Source: Polyangiales bacterium (GTDB taxonomy: Bacteria > Myxococcota_A > Polyangia > Polyangiales > Polyangiaceae). Taken from it: a stretch of 64,000 nucleotides of DNA. Under the pieces are notes generated by a model. That model searched no databases, was not told the origin of the DNA, and worked only from the letters and a program-made list of their open reading frames with translations. The position numbers and the translations under genes were made by a program. Numbering within the stretch: the stretch's first letter is position 1; every line of letters begins with the position of its first letter. The stretch lies in NCBI GenBank assembly GCA_038231275.1, contig JBBRLQ010000001.1, positions 288,001 through 352,000 on the forward strand. Reading direction: 5' to 3'. Below, piece by piece: positions 62,863 through 64,000 of the stretch.

Positions 62863-63693
62863 ATGAACCCGCTAGCCGAGATCTCTCTCGTCGTTCAGCG
62901 CGAGCTTCGCAAGAACCTGCGCAGCGTGAAGGGAATCATCCTCACGGCGCTCTCCATCTTCGGCGGCACAGGAACCGCGCTGCTCGCCGTGCAGGCCTTC
63001 CACCGCGAGTTCGCCAATGTCAGCGCGGAGGAGATCCGCATCGGCCAGCAGGAGCTCTTCACCAAGGTCTACAAGGACCCGGTCATGGGGAGCTACATGT
63101 CGACGGCGCCGCTTTCGCTCGTCTTCATGCTGGAGCTGACGATCTGGCTCGCGCCGCTCCTCATCGCGCTCTCCAGCTTCGACGCGATCTCGGGGGACAT
63201 CCAGCACCGGACGGTGCGCTACTGGACGGTGCGGACGCGTCGCGTCTCGTACTACGCGGGCAAATTCTTCGGCGTGTGGGCCACCGTCAGCACGATCGTG
63301 CTCGCGATGGACCTGTGCATGTGGATCGCCGCGATCGTGAAGGGCGAGCCGGCCGGCGCGACGCTGTCGTGGGGGATTCGCTTCTGGCTCGTCACGCTGC
63401 CGATCTCGGCGGTGTGGTGCGCGATCGCCACGCTCGTGGGATCGCTCTTCCGGACGCCGATCCTCTCGCTCCTCGTCACGCTCGCGGCGTTCTTCGCGAT
63501 CTGGCTCTTCGGCTTCGCGATCGCGCGCGGCGCGGAGGTCGCGTGGCTCACCTACGTGTACCCGAACCGCTACGACGTGATGCTCCTCTCGCCACGGGTC
63601 GAGAACGTCGGAGGTGGGCTCGGCATCTGCCTGGGGGCCGCCGCAGCGCTCACCGCCGCAGGCGTCGCGCTCTTCCAGAGGAGGGACATCTGA
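62863..63693 (+). CDS. ABC-2 type transporter permease
   Basis: Six hydrophobic segments; [14 protein letters not shown]; ends FQRRDI. Confidence 0.9.
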   Translation: MNPLAEISLVVQRELRKNLRSVKGIILTALSIFGGTGTALLAVQAFHREFANVSAEEIRIGQQELFTKVYKDPVMGSYMSTAPLSLVFMLELTIWLAPLLIALSSFDAISGDIQHRTVRYWTVRTRRVSYYAGKFFGVWATVSTIVLAMDLCMWIAAIVKGEPAGATLSWGIRFWLVTLPISAVWCAIATLVGSLFRTPILSLLVTLAAFFAIWLFGFAIARGAEVAWLTYVYPNRYDVMLLSPRVENVGGGLGICLGAAAALTAAGVALFQRRDI

Positions 63694-64000
63694 TGTCGGA
63701 ATCCCCCGAGATCGCGCCGCCGCCCGCGCCGCCGTATCCCGAAGCGAAGCTCGAGCCGAAGCCCGAGGTCGCCGGCGAGGCTGCCTCGCTCGACGGCACG
63801 AAGAAGAAGAAGCGCAAGCCGGTCGAGATCGCCGTCCGCCTCGTCAAGGTGACGAAGAAGTTCGGCGCGAAGGTCGCCGTCGACGACGTCTCGTTCACCG
63901 TGAAGATGGGCTCGGTGTACGGCCTCATCGGACCGAACGGCGCCGGCAAGACGACGACGTTCTCGATGCTCGCGGGCTTCCTCCAGCCGACGATGGGGCA
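63693..64000 (+). CDS. ABC transporter ATP-binding protein (partial)
   Basis: TGATG coupling; AVDDVSF, Walker [10 protein letters not shown]. Confidence 0.92.
   Translation, partial: MSESPEIAPPPAPPYPEAKLEPKPEVAGEAASLDGTKKKKRKPVEIAVRLVKVTKKFGAKVAVDDVSFTVKMGSVYGLIGPNGAGKTTTFSMLAGFLQPTMG

Overview
GC-rich (roughly 70% by eye) chromosomal window from a myxobacterium, probably Polyangiales. Support for that: two MYXO-CTERM proteins, many Cys-rich or DAG-rich lipoproteins, Ser/Thr kinases and FHA/PilZ proteins. It holds about 50 genes. Housekeeping: sppA, gltBD, cyclophilin, RNase J, RNase E/G, SOD, SRP RNA and an ABC transporter. Alpha-glucan use: GH31, two GH13 lipoproteins flanking a LamB porin, and a GH15. 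There is also a DUF1585-like/DUF1501/cytochrome c operon. The most notable item is a translationally coupled three-gene cassette at 15463-17608: a polymorphic-toxin-like protein ending in a RelA/SpoT-like alarmone synthetase domain (Apk/Tas1-type), an uncalled 77-codon immunity-like gene broken by one in-frame TAA, and an HD small alarmone hydrolase. Other highlights: a sigma54-driven double-glycine-leader bacteriocin-like protein with a (DTGG)n tail; an NrtR operon whose PncB homologue lacks its catalytic motifs; a four-unit 13-bp FadR/GntR-type operator array inside the starch cluster; a decayed ECF/kinase/PEGA region; and many apparently leaderless genes. No CRISPR array, tRNA, rRNA or transposase was seen. 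All family calls come from motif recognition, not database searches.
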